From a virus (taxonomy: Duplodnaviria; Caudoviricetes): 33,024 bases of DNA. Made by a program: the position numbers and the translations under genes. Numbering within the stretch: the first letter of the stretch is position 1; each line of letters begins with the position of its first letter. This document shows, piece after piece, positions 17,787 to 26,546 of this stretch. Where the stretch lies: positions 1-33,024 of IMG/VR virus record IMGVR_UViG_3300032024_000055, one strand, 5' to 3'. Under the pieces are notes generated by a model. The model was given only the letters and a program-made list of their open reading frames with translations, ran no database searches and was not told the DNA's origin.

Positions 17787-18685
17787 TAATAATCACTCGT
17801 GTTCATTTGAAGATTAGTCAAATCCATACCGTAAGTTTCCCTTAAAATCATAGCTTGGAGCAAACCTATGTACTTCTGATTTTCCCTATCACTTCTATTG
17901 TCATCATCATCCTGAAGTTGCTTGGCAAGCACACCCTGAGTATAAAGGTTTCTCCACCTATGGTACAGGGTAGATTGGAGAGTTCCAGCAAGGTCGAGAG
18001 TCAGGAGGTTGGCATAATACTTCATCCTGAGTGCGTACACGGTGGTATCTGAGGTGTAGGGGGCTGGTTTTAGTATGAACTCCCCGTAGTCAGCATCCCC
18101 TATCGGGAAGTAGTAAAGAGGTCTGCCCTGCCCAACAATATTGTCTATCTTCCCCATCTCCCAATCAGGCTTATGGATAAGAGGTTGGTAGGTATCTATA
18201 ATCATGTACCCACTACCATTAGCAGGGGCAGTAGTGAAGTTTGGGGAAGGTGAACCAACCTTGGTGGTATCGCTGTAAGTAACTACTTGGCTCATACTAC
18301 CTATGCCAGTGCCAGATGTTATCAATAGGTCTTTACCAATTATAGAGGTAGCACCTATAGATTCTGTAGCTGAAAGTGTGAACGAACCCGCCGCACCAGC
18401 CTGTAAAGTACCTACATGGCTACCGTACATCACATCCATAACCATATCTGAGGCATAGTCGGTAGGGTTAGAATACCTACTTCTACCTTCCGTCAAAACA
18501 AGGACTGAAGCGGTATAAAGAGGCTTCAGTTTCTTGCCAAGCATGAAGATGTCATTCTTCACTTCTGCCATATACTCATCCTGCGCCCGTGTAAGCTGTG
18601 CGGATGAAGGGTTGGAGTAACCAGCCCGTTTTAGGGCTTCGGTCGTGATACTTGTTAAGCTAGGCGATGCTGGGGCTGCGCACAT
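17786..18685 (-). CDS. Head-tail adaptor with an inserted beta domain
   Basis: SITTEALKRAG, GRSRYSNPTDY, GRPLYY, ILKPAP adaptor-type motifs; GAGGAG RBS. Confidence 0.75.
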   Translation of the reverse strand: MCAAPASPSLTSITTEALKRAGYSNPSSAQLTRAQDEYMAEVKNDIFMLGKKLKPLYTASVLVLTEGRSRYSNPTDYASDMVMDVMYGSHVGTLQAGAAGSFTLSATESIGATSIIGKDLLITSGTGIGSMSQVVTYSDTTKVGSPSPNFTTAPANGSGYMIIDTYQPLIHKPDWEMGKIDNIVGQGRPLYYFPIGDADYGEFILKPAPYTSDTTVYALRMKYYANLLTLDLAGTLQSTLYHRWRNLYTQGVLAKQLQDDDDNRSDRENQKYIGLLQAMILRETYGMDLTNLQMNTSDY

Positions 18686-19773
18686 GATAACTCCTCATAG
18701 GCTTTCTGCCATTTGGTGTATTCTTTATTAATGTCGAAGTGAGCCTTTACAGTCTCCTGTGCAGACCTACCAACCGAAGCCCGAAGGATACTGTCTTCTA
18801 TCAGGATAGATATTCCCTCTATCCATCCAGCAGGGTCATTACCCTCTATAAACACCCCATTGTTCTCAGTTGCAATCTCTTTGTACGGGGACACAAGGCT
18901 TGTTACGCAAGGTACTCCAAGAGAAGCCATCTCTATCCACTTGATAGCACTCTTACACTGGTTGAACTTGGTATTCTGCAAGGGTACGATACCTATCGTA
19001 GGATTTAGGATAGCCACTTTATACGGGTATGCCTCAGTATGTATCCACGGATGAAACTCTATCCTATTCTTGTCTATGCCCTTGAGAGTCCCATCGAACT
19101 TAGCACCCATAATTACCAGTTTGGTTCTCGGATACTTCCCCATAACCTTTGGCATAACATCTGAAAGTAAACACCAATCTTCGTAATGACTATGACCCCC
19201 AGCCCAAAACAATCTTATCTCGTCTGTTTCTTTAAAAGGTAATGACTTCCAAACTTCAGTATTTACGCAATTAGGAAGAACCACTACATTATCATTATAT
19301 TCACGGTAGCAGTCGGCGAGAATAGGCGTAGTTACTGTAACCATATCCGCCATTTCAAGTGCTTCTTTTACTCCATCAAGTTTCTGTTTGTTTACTTTAA
19401 GGTCTATATTGCGTCCATCTTCCCAAAGAGGTACGATACTGCCATCTTCCATACTGTAATTAACATTAGTTACCCCATGTTCTTCATAGTGAGGGGATAA
19501 CGGGGATATATCAAACATATTGTCGTCATGGTCTATTACTATCTTCTTACCAAGAGACTGTAATTCTTTAAGAGTTTTTATGAACAACGGTTCAGATAAT
19601 CTTGGGACTACGATAATATCTGCGTCAAGTCCCTGTGCTATCTTATCGTGAGCATCGCCATGCTTTATTAACATGGTTTGGGTGTCTGTTTTATGTGATA
19701 CCATATTAAGGGGTAATGCTACCCTATAAAACCCGCAAGCACCATCATCCCTTAGAAAAGCTGAAACCTTCAA
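18655..19773 (-). CDS. GT-B (GT4-like) glycosyltransferase
   Basis: DDGACGFYR, DHDD, VLPNC, FWAGGHSH, KSAIKWIEMASLGVPCVTS. Confidence 0.9.
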   Translation of the reverse strand: MKVSAFLRDDGACGFYRVALPLNMVSHKTDTQTMLIKHGDAHDKIAQGLDADIIVVPRLSEPLFIKTLKELQSLGKKIVIDHDDNMFDISPLSPHYEEHGVTNVNYSMEDGSIVPLWEDGRNIDLKVNKQKLDGVKEALEMADMVTVTTPILADCYREYNDNVVVLPNCVNTEVWKSLPFKETDEIRLFWAGGHSHYEDWCLLSDVMPKVMGKYPRTKLVIMGAKFDGTLKGIDKNRIEFHPWIHTEAYPYKVAILNPTIGIVPLQNTKFNQCKSAIKWIEMASLGVPCVTSLVSPYKEIATENNGVFIEGNDPAGWIEGISILIEDSILRASVGRSAQETVKAHFDINKEYTKWQKAYEELSCAQPQHRLA

Positions 19774-20471
19774 GCGTAAGCCCCTTTGTTCATCTCTGCG
19801 AGTTTCCTCATAAACTGATGGTGGATTTTTATAGCTTCGACAGTAGAACCATAATGCTGACGGTAGTAGAACCCTACTTCCTTTACTACATCACCCTTCA
19901 AACCTGCTTCTTTAGCCTGAAGCCACATATCCCAATCTTGGTACGCATTAATTTCATTAACAATGACATCCCTGAACTTAACCTTTCTCCAAAACCCTTT
20001 CTTTGCAAGAAAATGCCCTGACATACAACAATAGCTTTTAATCGCCTCTGTATCCCATTTAGCTTGAAAGGTGTTGAGGTGTTCACCATCCTCCGAAATC
20101 AGTTTATACCAGCTACCAACGAAGTCTAAGTCAGGATTGGCTAAGAACATATCCATCTGTTTTCCGACTATGTTAAAAGCAAGTGGGTCTTCGGCTGAAA
20201 AGAGCATTATATAGTCGCCCCTTGCTTCGGTAATGGCATGGTTGACTATCCCTACGCATCCTGTGTTCTCGCCAGTATTTACCACCCTAATTGGATATTT
20301 TGACGCTATCTCTAAATTGTTCTCCGTGGAACAATTATCAATCAGAACAATCTCGATATTCGGGTAGAACTGCTGAAAGGCAGACTCTATCCCTTCTTTA
20401 AGCCACTTGCTCTTGTTGTAGGACAACAACATCAAACTAACAAGAGGATATGTTTTCGTAGACTCGCTCAA
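19770..20471 (-). CDS. GT-A (GT2) glycosyltransferase
   Basis: LVSLMLLSYN, IVLIDNCSTE, ARGDYIMLFSAED, QDWDMW; TTG start with AAGGTGG upstream. Confidence 0.9.
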   Translation of the reverse strand: MSESTKTYPLVSLMLLSYNKSKWLKEGIESAFQQFYPNIEIVLIDNCSTENNLEIASKYPIRVVNTGENTGCVGIVNHAITEARGDYIMLFSAEDPLAFNIVGKQMDMFLANPDLDFVGSWYKLISEDGEHLNTFQAKWDTEAIKSYCCMSGHFLAKKGFWRKVKFRDVIVNEINAYQDWDMWLQAKEAGLKGDVVKEVGFYYRQHYGSTVEAIKIHHQFMRKLAEMNKGAYA

Positions 20472-21378
20472 TTTTAGTAGCCACCTTGTCCCAAGTGTTA
20501 GCCCTCAACCTCTCTCTAAAGGTATCATTGGGCTGTAATTCCATAGCCTTCTGTATGGCAAACCTTATCTGCAACTCATCGTGAGGTGGTACTTTAAATA
20601 CATTAGGTATATCTTTGCGTTCACAACCTTCAGTCATAATTATATTCGCACTTTGACTTCCAGCCTCATCCGCCACCAAACTCCAAGTTTCATTGTCTGA
20701 GATTATGGCAAATATCTTACAGATAGCATATAATGGTTTGAGTTCTTCGTGGGTCATTGGAGGGAGGATTATCCCACCCTGAGCAATAATATTCTTTGCA
20801 TAACTTGCGTCAGTTACTTCACCAACACATATGAGGGGTACTTTCATCTCTTTGCAGACTTTAGCAAGAGTTAATTGGTTCTTAAATGGCTCTATCCTGC
20901 CGACAGTCAGTACAATCTCCTGTTTAACGGTCTTTATCGGGTCAAACCACCACTTATCTATCCCATTTGGTATCACCCAGCACTTATCAAGGTCAAGGTT
21001 ACAGTTCTTCTGCACCCTCTCCATCTCGCCTTCTGTCTGGAATATTAGAGCATCCATGCCATTTAACATCTGCTGTTGTTCAAGCCAACCTACAAACCTA
21101 TCGGTAGCATGATAAATCATGGAACATACAATCTTCTTATTCTGCTTCTTGGCATTAAGGTACTGTTGGTATGTCCATCTCATAGAGAAGTTGAATAGGT
21201 GGACTATATCTGCGTCTATCTCGTTATCAGTCCTATCCTCAAACCATACATCGTGTCCTTTTAAAGTAAGGGCATCTTGAGTCTTCTCAAGCTGAACCAT
21301 ATCCCCGCCAATCCACAACTTCTTAGGACGGTTCTGCATAAGGACTTTGTATTTGGGAGTAAGACTTTTAACTATCAA
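20437..21378 (-). CDS. GT-B (GT4) glycosyltransferase
   Basis: GGDMVQLEKT, VIPNGID, TVGRIEPFKNQ, ETWSLVADE (EX7E). Confidence 0.92.
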   Translation of the reverse strand: MIVKSLTPKYKVLMQNRPKKLWIGGDMVQLEKTQDALTLKGHDVWFEDRTDNEIDADIVHLFNFSMRWTYQQYLNAKKQNKKIVCSMIYHATDRFVGWLEQQQMLNGMDALIFQTEGEMERVQKNCNLDLDKCWVIPNGIDKWWFDPIKTVKQEIVLTVGRIEPFKNQLTLAKVCKEMKVPLICVGEVTDASYAKNIIAQGGIILPPMTHEELKPLYAICKIFAIISDNETWSLVADEAGSQSANIIMTEGCERKDIPNVFKVPPHDELQIRFAIQKAMELQPNDTFRERLRANTWDKVATKIERVYENISSC

Positions 21379-21668
21379 ATGCCACCCTTGACTGTTCTGA
21401 ACGCTTCCCCTTCACCGCTTCTAAGCCACTTCAGTATTTCTTCTGTGTTGTTAGCCCATTCGGGATGGCGTACAAACTCTATGGCTGGTATAGTCCCTAT
21501 CTGGCGATAACCCTTGTCAGTAGTCCACCCATTATTGCCAAACTCTCTAAGTATATGTGCTTTCTCCATAATAGGAGTAATGAGTTCAGCATGGGTGAAA
21601 ATAAAGTTGTCGCCCTTGTAATCTATCTTTGCAAGTCCTGCTATGTTTTTATCGGTTTTAATAATCAT
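21375..21668 (-). CDS. Hypothetical protein following the capsid gene
   Basis: 97 aa; RQIGTIP...ILKWL...FRT; stop overlaps the GT4 start. Confidence 0.75.
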   Translation of the reverse strand: MIIKTDKNIAGLAKIDYKGDNFIFTHAELITPIMEKAHILREFGNNGWTTDKGYRQIGTIPAIEFVRHPEWANNTEEILKWLRSGEGEAFRTVKGGI

Positions 21669-21685
21669 AATTTAAAGTAAGTATC

Positions 21686-21713
21686 AGGGAGGGAAAGCGT
21701 CCTCCCCCTCCCT
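21686..21713 (-). terminator. Post-capsid hairpin (leaky terminator or mRNA stabiliser)
   Basis: Minus-strand RNA AGGGAGGGGGAG-GACG-CUUUCCCUCCCU forms 12 bp including 2 G-U pairs; weak U tract. Confidence 0.6.
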
Positions 21714-21728
21714 TCAACTATTTAGAGG

Positions 21729-22637
21729 TTAAGAGGTTGTAAGCTCAGTAATCTTACCTGAGCCAGCTTCCGCACGGCTTTCAAGCGTAAGTTCAGCTTC
21801 TATCATGAACTTCCTGCTCGCACCAGTACGGGCAAGTTCGTCCTTCTTGACAGGTCTAAGCCACGCTTTCTTCCAAAGACCCATATCGCCGAGAACCACA
21901 AGAGTGCCAGCGGCAGTCGTGTTAAGTTCATGGTGGAGACGGATTGCTATCGTCCCGAAGTCAGACTGATAGATGTCAACAGCCGAGGTAAGTTTCTTTT
22001 CGTCAGCCGAAACATCCCTTGTGTTGGTGGTAAACGCACTAATCTTCCTCTTGTTAAACTGCCCAACAAGGACATTCTGAGGCTTACCACCCTGCGCCCA
22101 AACAAGAGCGAGGTTGTCGTTCAGCATGGACTCGGTAAGAGCTTCCGTACCAGTACCCGTGCCAGTGGTTACATTGGTCGCTATCCAACCAAGTATTCCC
22201 TTCAACTGCCTTGCAGTGCCAGTAGCACCTGAGACGGCTGAAGCGTTTATCAAGAGAGCGTACTCTATGTCCTTAGCAAGCTCCTTGATTTTCATAGCAG
22301 TCTGATAGCCTACCTCAGAACCACGACCAGCCTTATCGACAACTTCCTCAGTATCGGTAATCTGAAATACCTTCCTGAGTATCTGCGTATAGTTGCCTTC
22401 CCTCGTAGTCGGGGGGATAGCTACGGTGGTAGCATCATCACCCTCTATGACCGCATTTGCGGCTGATGCGGCAAGTGCATCTCTCTGCCATTCGTGATAT
22501 CTGGCCGAACATTTACCAGAACCAATGTTCGAGGTAATCCATGTATCCATAGGGGAGATATTCTCGATAACATCTATCAAGTCTTCCCTCATTCCTACTG
22601 CGGCGTATGTACTAAATGTATTCGCTGGTATTGCCAT
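21729..22637 (-). CDS. Major capsid protein (SU10/DUF5309-type)
   Basis: GMREDLIDVIENISPMDT, HEWQRDAL, NYTQI, KELAKDIEYAL, DIYQSDFG, LARTGAS. Confidence 0.93.
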   Translation of the reverse strand: MAIPANTFSTYAAVGMREDLIDVIENISPMDTWITSNIGSGKCSARYHEWQRDALAASAANAVIEGDDATTVAIPPTTREGNYTQILRKVFQITDTEEVVDKAGRGSEVGYQTAMKIKELAKDIEYALLINASAVSGATGTARQLKGILGWIATNVTTGTGTGTEALTESMLNDNLALVWAQGGKPQNVLVGQFNKRKISAFTTNTRDVSADEKKLTSAVDIYQSDFGTIAIRLHHELNTTAAGTLVVLGDMGLWKKAWLRPVKKDELARTGASRKFMIEAELTLESRAEAGSGKITELTTS

Positions 22638-22646
22638 TACTAACTC

Positions 22647-23525
22647 CTATTTAGCCTCTTTGAGCCGCAGGACTTCGGTGAAATCACCTGTCGCCTGCGC
22701 CTGTTTGAAGGCCGTCTGATATTGGGATGCAAAATCATCAGCACCAGAAGGAGCATTACTACCGCCCTCGATATTAGTTATCTTGGGTTTGGGACGGGCA
22801 TCAACCTGTTTGTTGTCTGCCTTAACACTTGCCTGTGAACGAAGTTCCTGAATCTTTATGTCTTTATACACACCTATGAAAGCTACGGGATTGTCATATT
22901 CCATCTGTTTATCAAGTGGCATGGAATATATCTTAGATTCAATCTTCGGAACGAAGTCAAGGAAGTCATCGTAACCTTCTTCTTTAAGCACTTCAGCAAC
23001 AGCCCGAAGGTTGTTCTGGTACTTAATTGGTTGCATTACCGCTTCCATTGACTTTAATTCACTCTTTAGACCCTGAATCTCATTCTCGTACTTTGACAAG
23101 TGTGGCTTAACATATTCCTGATAAATCCCATCATCTGATTCAGGTTCGGTATTTACCGCCTGTATAGGGTGAGTGATGGACTGTTTCAGGAGTTCAAGGT
23201 TCTTCCGTTCTTCGGCAAGCCTCTGTCCCTTTTCGGTGAGATGCTTGTCTGTCTGGATACGCCTGATGGCATCTTTAAATGGAATCTCAAGTTCGACACC
23301 ATCTACCTTAATCTTTATGAGCCTGTTGCCGAAGTCTTCAGCAGAGAGATATTCAGCTTCATCTTTGATTACGGTTGCAGGTGTTTCTGCCACAACAGGT
23401 TCAGCGTTTACTGGTTCAGGAGCGACCTTAACTTCGGGGGTATCCTGAGTTCCAAATAGCTTACTTGTCGTGCCAATTACTTCTTCCTGAGTCATCACTT
23501 CTTCAGTGGTAGATTCAGTAGTCAT
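22647..23525 (-). CDS. Capsid scaffolding protein
   Basis: Acidic N-terminus, IKVDGVELEI, coiled coil; directly upstream of the capsid gene. Confidence 0.85.
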   Translation of the reverse strand: MTTESTTEEVMTQEEVIGTTSKLFGTQDTPEVKVAPEPVNAEPVVAETPATVIKDEAEYLSAEDFGNRLIKIKVDGVELEIPFKDAIRRIQTDKHLTEKGQRLAEERKNLELLKQSITHPIQAVNTEPESDDGIYQEYVKPHLSKYENEIQGLKSELKSMEAVMQPIKYQNNLRAVAEVLKEEGYDDFLDFVPKIESKIYSMPLDKQMEYDNPVAFIGVYKDIKIQELRSQASVKADNKQVDARPKPKITNIEGGSNAPSGADDFASQYQTAFKQAQATGDFTEVLRLKEAK

Positions 23526-23528
23526 TTG

Positions 23529-23828
23529 CTACTCTCCTTCATCTACGGGTAGTTCAAGCAAAGTATTCTTCGCTAAACGCCCTTGTTCAATCTTACTCGT
23601 AATGAGCCTTTCTATCTCCTTAACTACCTTCCATATCTGTTGCGCCTGTATTACTTGCAACGGTTCGGAAGGGTCTACCTTAGTGAAAGTCTCAAAAGCC
23701 CCCTGACACATAGGGTCTAATATATGCTTCTTGAGTACGCTAAATCCACCTTCAGTCATAAACCTCTGAAGTTCGTCCCCTGTACGGGATACATCAGCAA
23801 TATGGTTCATCTGTTCGTTAGTAAGCAC
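23529..23828 (-). CDS. Small helical head-assembly protein
   Basis: 99 aa between portal and scaffold; overlaps the portal stop. Confidence 0.75.
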   Translation of the reverse strand: MLTNEQMNHIADVSRTGDELQRFMTEGGFSVLKKHILDPMCQGAFETFTKVDPSEPLQVIQAQQIWKVVKEIERLITSKIEQGRLAKNTLLELPVDEGE

Positions 23829-25656
23829 TCATCCCCTCTGCCGCCATAGGATTCATATCTTCCATAGCCATCTGTCCTGTGCTTGATTGCCCCGTCTGAC
23901 TTGCTATACCCTGTGTTCCAGCACCTTCAGGAGGAGGAGGCAGGGTAGCCTGTATCATAAATTCCTTATAGTTCTTCTCGCCAAGTGAAGCCAAAGCACG
24001 ATGGTAGATAGCCATAAGGTCAACAAAGTGGATGTCCTTCGGGTTAGCAACGCCCATCTGCAACAACTGTCCCTGAACCTGATTAACCATACTACCCCTG
24101 TCCATCATCAGCATGAACTTGTTAATCTGTACCTTCTTATCCATGCCAATGTTTACAATGAGGTCGAAGTCCCCCTGAATATAATCTCTTGCGGGGAGAG
24201 AGTCCTGTGCGAACCCCCACCCAAGTTCCCTACCAGTAACCTTCATGATGAACTCATCAGTCTCGTATTCCTGTTCCAACTGAAGGAGCATCTGCATACC
24301 GGGTACGAATATGGTCATGGCAAGGTTACGGATAATCTGTGCTATCTTCTTATTAGCATTTGCTGTATGTGAGGTGACAGCAGTAGCAGTCTCATCAGCA
24401 GAAGAAGGCATACCCATAAGGTTAGGAGGAATGGAGGTCGTTTCATAAAAGTTCTGATTGTTCGTAGCTTCGGCATACTGTGTGTTATTATTCGGGTTAG
24501 ATACATCGAGTTCCCTTACGCTATTGGGGGATATATCATCTCCCATAACAACGCCACCAATACGCCTGTTAACAAGACTCATAAGGTCTATGCCAGCACC
24601 ACGATTAACAAGTAGAGGCTTACGGATAGTAAGGGCAGTAGCCTCCCTATCCTGATTTCGGATAGCATTAGTCTCCCTCTGTAACCCCTCTACTATCTCA
24701 GGAAGGGACTTGCCATAAAGCTGATGGGCTTCGGGGAAGGCAGGGCCAGCAACATAAGGAGGTTTCCCACCATAAGGAAGGGTATTCTCCTCTGCGTCCC
24801 GTATGATTATCTTCGGCCCACCACTATCACCTGCCATGAGGTAGGATACATCTTCCAACAGCCCATCATCGTTTATGTCAAGTTTAGTCCATATCTCGTA
24901 GATATATACATTGTCCTGCCCTTCCACCTTAACGGTATTATTGAAAGGAGAACCACCTGTGCCATCATTACGCTGTATCTTTATCTCATCTATTTCATTA
25001 TCGCCATTTGACGCTTTAATAAGGTCGAGATTCTTATACTTCTTTCTCTTTAAGTAATCTCTTGACCTGACCATCCTCTGGACTATTGGAAATTTCCAAT
25101 AGTCCTTCCAAGTTGCCTTCGCGTGGAAGAACATATCCTCGTAAGGCACACACTCTATCTTAGGCTCAAACTTTGTTATCTTATCTTCGCCAAACTCGTC
25201 CTTCTCTATGGTGAGTTCAGGATATACCTTCAGTACTCCCAACTTGTTCTTCAGAGCATCAAGACAAACCTCGTACATTTCCTGATAGAGATTTATAGGA
25301 TGACCTGATATGCGGTAGTTAAGGAGGGCTTTTACAATGGAACGAGTTTCAGAAGGTATATTCTTCCAAGATGTTATATCTACGACTTCCTCTATGTCAT
25401 TAAAGAAGGTGTCGAGTATATCTACAAGCATCCTCTGGACATGAGAATAGGTCTTGGGAATAAACAGCCTTCCCTGACCAAGCAGTACATCCGACTTCTG
25501 CTTCTCAGTAAGGCTAAACTTAGAATCATAGAGGTCGTTATCAAGTTTCCATCTGTTAGTTAATTTCTCTGTGCGCCAGTTAACTGAACCCTGATAGATG
25601 CTCGTGGCATGAGCAGTCAAGAACTCCTCAGTTAACTTTTCTTTCTTTTTAGCCAT
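23818..25656 (-). CDS. Portal protein
   Basis: 612 aa; LFIPKT, LGVLKV, LYGKSL...LQRETNAIRNQ, ETATAV, GDFDLIV. Confidence 0.92.
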   Translation of the reverse strand: MAKKKEKLTEEFLTAHATSIYQGSVNWRTEKLTNRWKLDNDLYDSKFSLTEKQKSDVLLGQGRLFIPKTYSHVQRMLVDILDTFFNDIEEVVDITSWKNIPSETRSIVKALLNYRISGHPINLYQEMYEVCLDALKNKLGVLKVYPELTIEKDEFGEDKITKFEPKIECVPYEDMFFHAKATWKDYWKFPIVQRMVRSRDYLKRKKYKNLDLIKASNGDNEIDEIKIQRNDGTGGSPFNNTVKVEGQDNVYIYEIWTKLDINDDGLLEDVSYLMAGDSGGPKIIIRDAEENTLPYGGKPPYVAGPAFPEAHQLYGKSLPEIVEGLQRETNAIRNQDREATALTIRKPLLVNRGAGIDLMSLVNRRIGGVVMGDDISPNSVRELDVSNPNNNTQYAEATNNQNFYETTSIPPNLMGMPSSADETATAVTSHTANANKKIAQIIRNLAMTIFVPGMQMLLQLEQEYETDEFIMKVTGRELGWGFAQDSLPARDYIQGDFDLIVNIGMDKKVQINKFMLMMDRGSMVNQVQGQLLQMGVANPKDIHFVDLMAIYHRALASLGEKNYKEFMIQATLPPPPEGAGTQGIASQTGQSSTGQMAMEDMNPMAAEGMSAY

Positions 25657-25868
25657 ATATACCTTAACTCCTTCGGAATATCCGAATATGACATGATAAC
25701 ATTGTCCCCCCGATGGTCTTGTTCCTTTATAAACTGATGAACCATGCCAATTAATAATATAGGAGAGTACAGTACAACTTTAATGATAAAACCTATGAAA
25801 AGGACTGTAAATAAAATAAGGTCGAATACTAATTTAAGTTTAAATTTAGACTCGTTTACCAACAACAC
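25632..25868 (-). CDS. Small membrane protein
   Basis: Long hydrophobic stretch; GTG start with GAGG upstream, inside the orphan terL tail. Confidence 0.55.
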   Translation of the reverse strand: MLLVNESKFKLKLVFDLILFTVLFIGFIIKVVLYSPILLIGMVHQFIKEQDHRGDNVIMSYSDIPKELRYIWLKRKKS

Positions 25869-25927
25869 GCCTCATCGGCATAAACAGGTTGCGGTACATT
25901 ATCTATTGCATCGTAATAATTAAGTGG
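25856..25927 (-). pseudogene. Orphan copy of the terL 3' end
   Basis: Translates PLNYYDAIDNVPQPVYADEACCW*, 15/23 identical without gaps to the TerL end PLNWYPATDEVPQPEYMDESVCW* (26537-26608). Confidence 0.9.
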
Positions 25928-25928
25928 T

Positions 25929-26546
25929 TTATCCCCAATGCAACTCATGATGACAATCCTTGCAAAGTGTAGTGCCATTATCTAATTCAAATCTAAGGTC
26001 ATGGTATTCACTAAATGACTTTACATGATGGGCATGTAAATCTTTCCCAACATTGCCACACTTAACACAAGTAAAACCATCTCTTTCCCATACGCTAATA
26101 CGCCAAATCTTATATTCTTTAGAATTTCTAATTCTTACAAGAAAAGGAGAGATACCACCTTTCCATGAAGGATTTTTATCACCTTTTAATCCAATAGGTG
26201 GGTTTAAAATACAAGATGCTTTTTTAGATTTACTTAATTTTTCCCTTGATTCATCTGTCCATATTCTTTTACTACTTGCGATACTTAATTTTTTTCTATA
26301 TTCTTCTGTATATAATTTTAATTTACTTTTTTCACCTATTTTCTTCTTTGTATCATCCGACATAGGAAGTTTCAATTTACCTGCTAAACTTCTTGTACGA
26401 CTTTCAATTCCTAATTTGTGTAATTTTCTAACTATAACAGACCTATCACAACCTACTTCATTACCTATTTTAATTGTAGACTTTTTGTTGATAACATATT
26501 CCTTTTCTAAAAATTCTTTAGTAAGTATAGAATATTTTACCAACAT
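25929..26546 (-). CDS. Free-standing HNH homing endonuclease (HTH + NUMOD3-like + HNH)
   Basis: MSDDTKKKIG / ESREKLSKS, NPSWKGG, WRISVWERDGFTCVKC...HAHHVKSF...NGTTLCKDCH; visibly more AT-rich than its flanks. Confidence 0.92.
   Translation of the reverse strand: MLVKYSILTKEFLEKEYVINKKSTIKIGNEVGCDRSVIVRKLHKLGIESRTRSLAGKLKLPMSDDTKKKIGEKSKLKLYTEEYRKKLSIASSKRIWTDESREKLSKSKKASCILNPPIGLKGDKNPSWKGGISPFLVRIRNSKEYKIWRISVWERDGFTCVKCGNVGKDLHAHHVKSFSEYHDLRFELDNGTTLCKDCHHELHWG

Noticed and set aside
17780-17800. Programmed -1 frameshift fusing adaptor and tailspike
   Set aside because: No slippery heptamer seen; the TAGTG overlap is explained by translational coupling.
20457-20459. ACG as a mutated or non-canonical GT2 start (would give MKTYPLVS)
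   Set aside because: The in-frame TTG at 20471 has AAGGTGG upstream, so there is no need to invoke ACG or pseudogenisation.
18655-21378. Serotype-conversion (gtrABC) cassette
   Set aside because: No flippase or multi-TM transferase; all three GTs look soluble and lie in the late operon without an evident promoter of their own.
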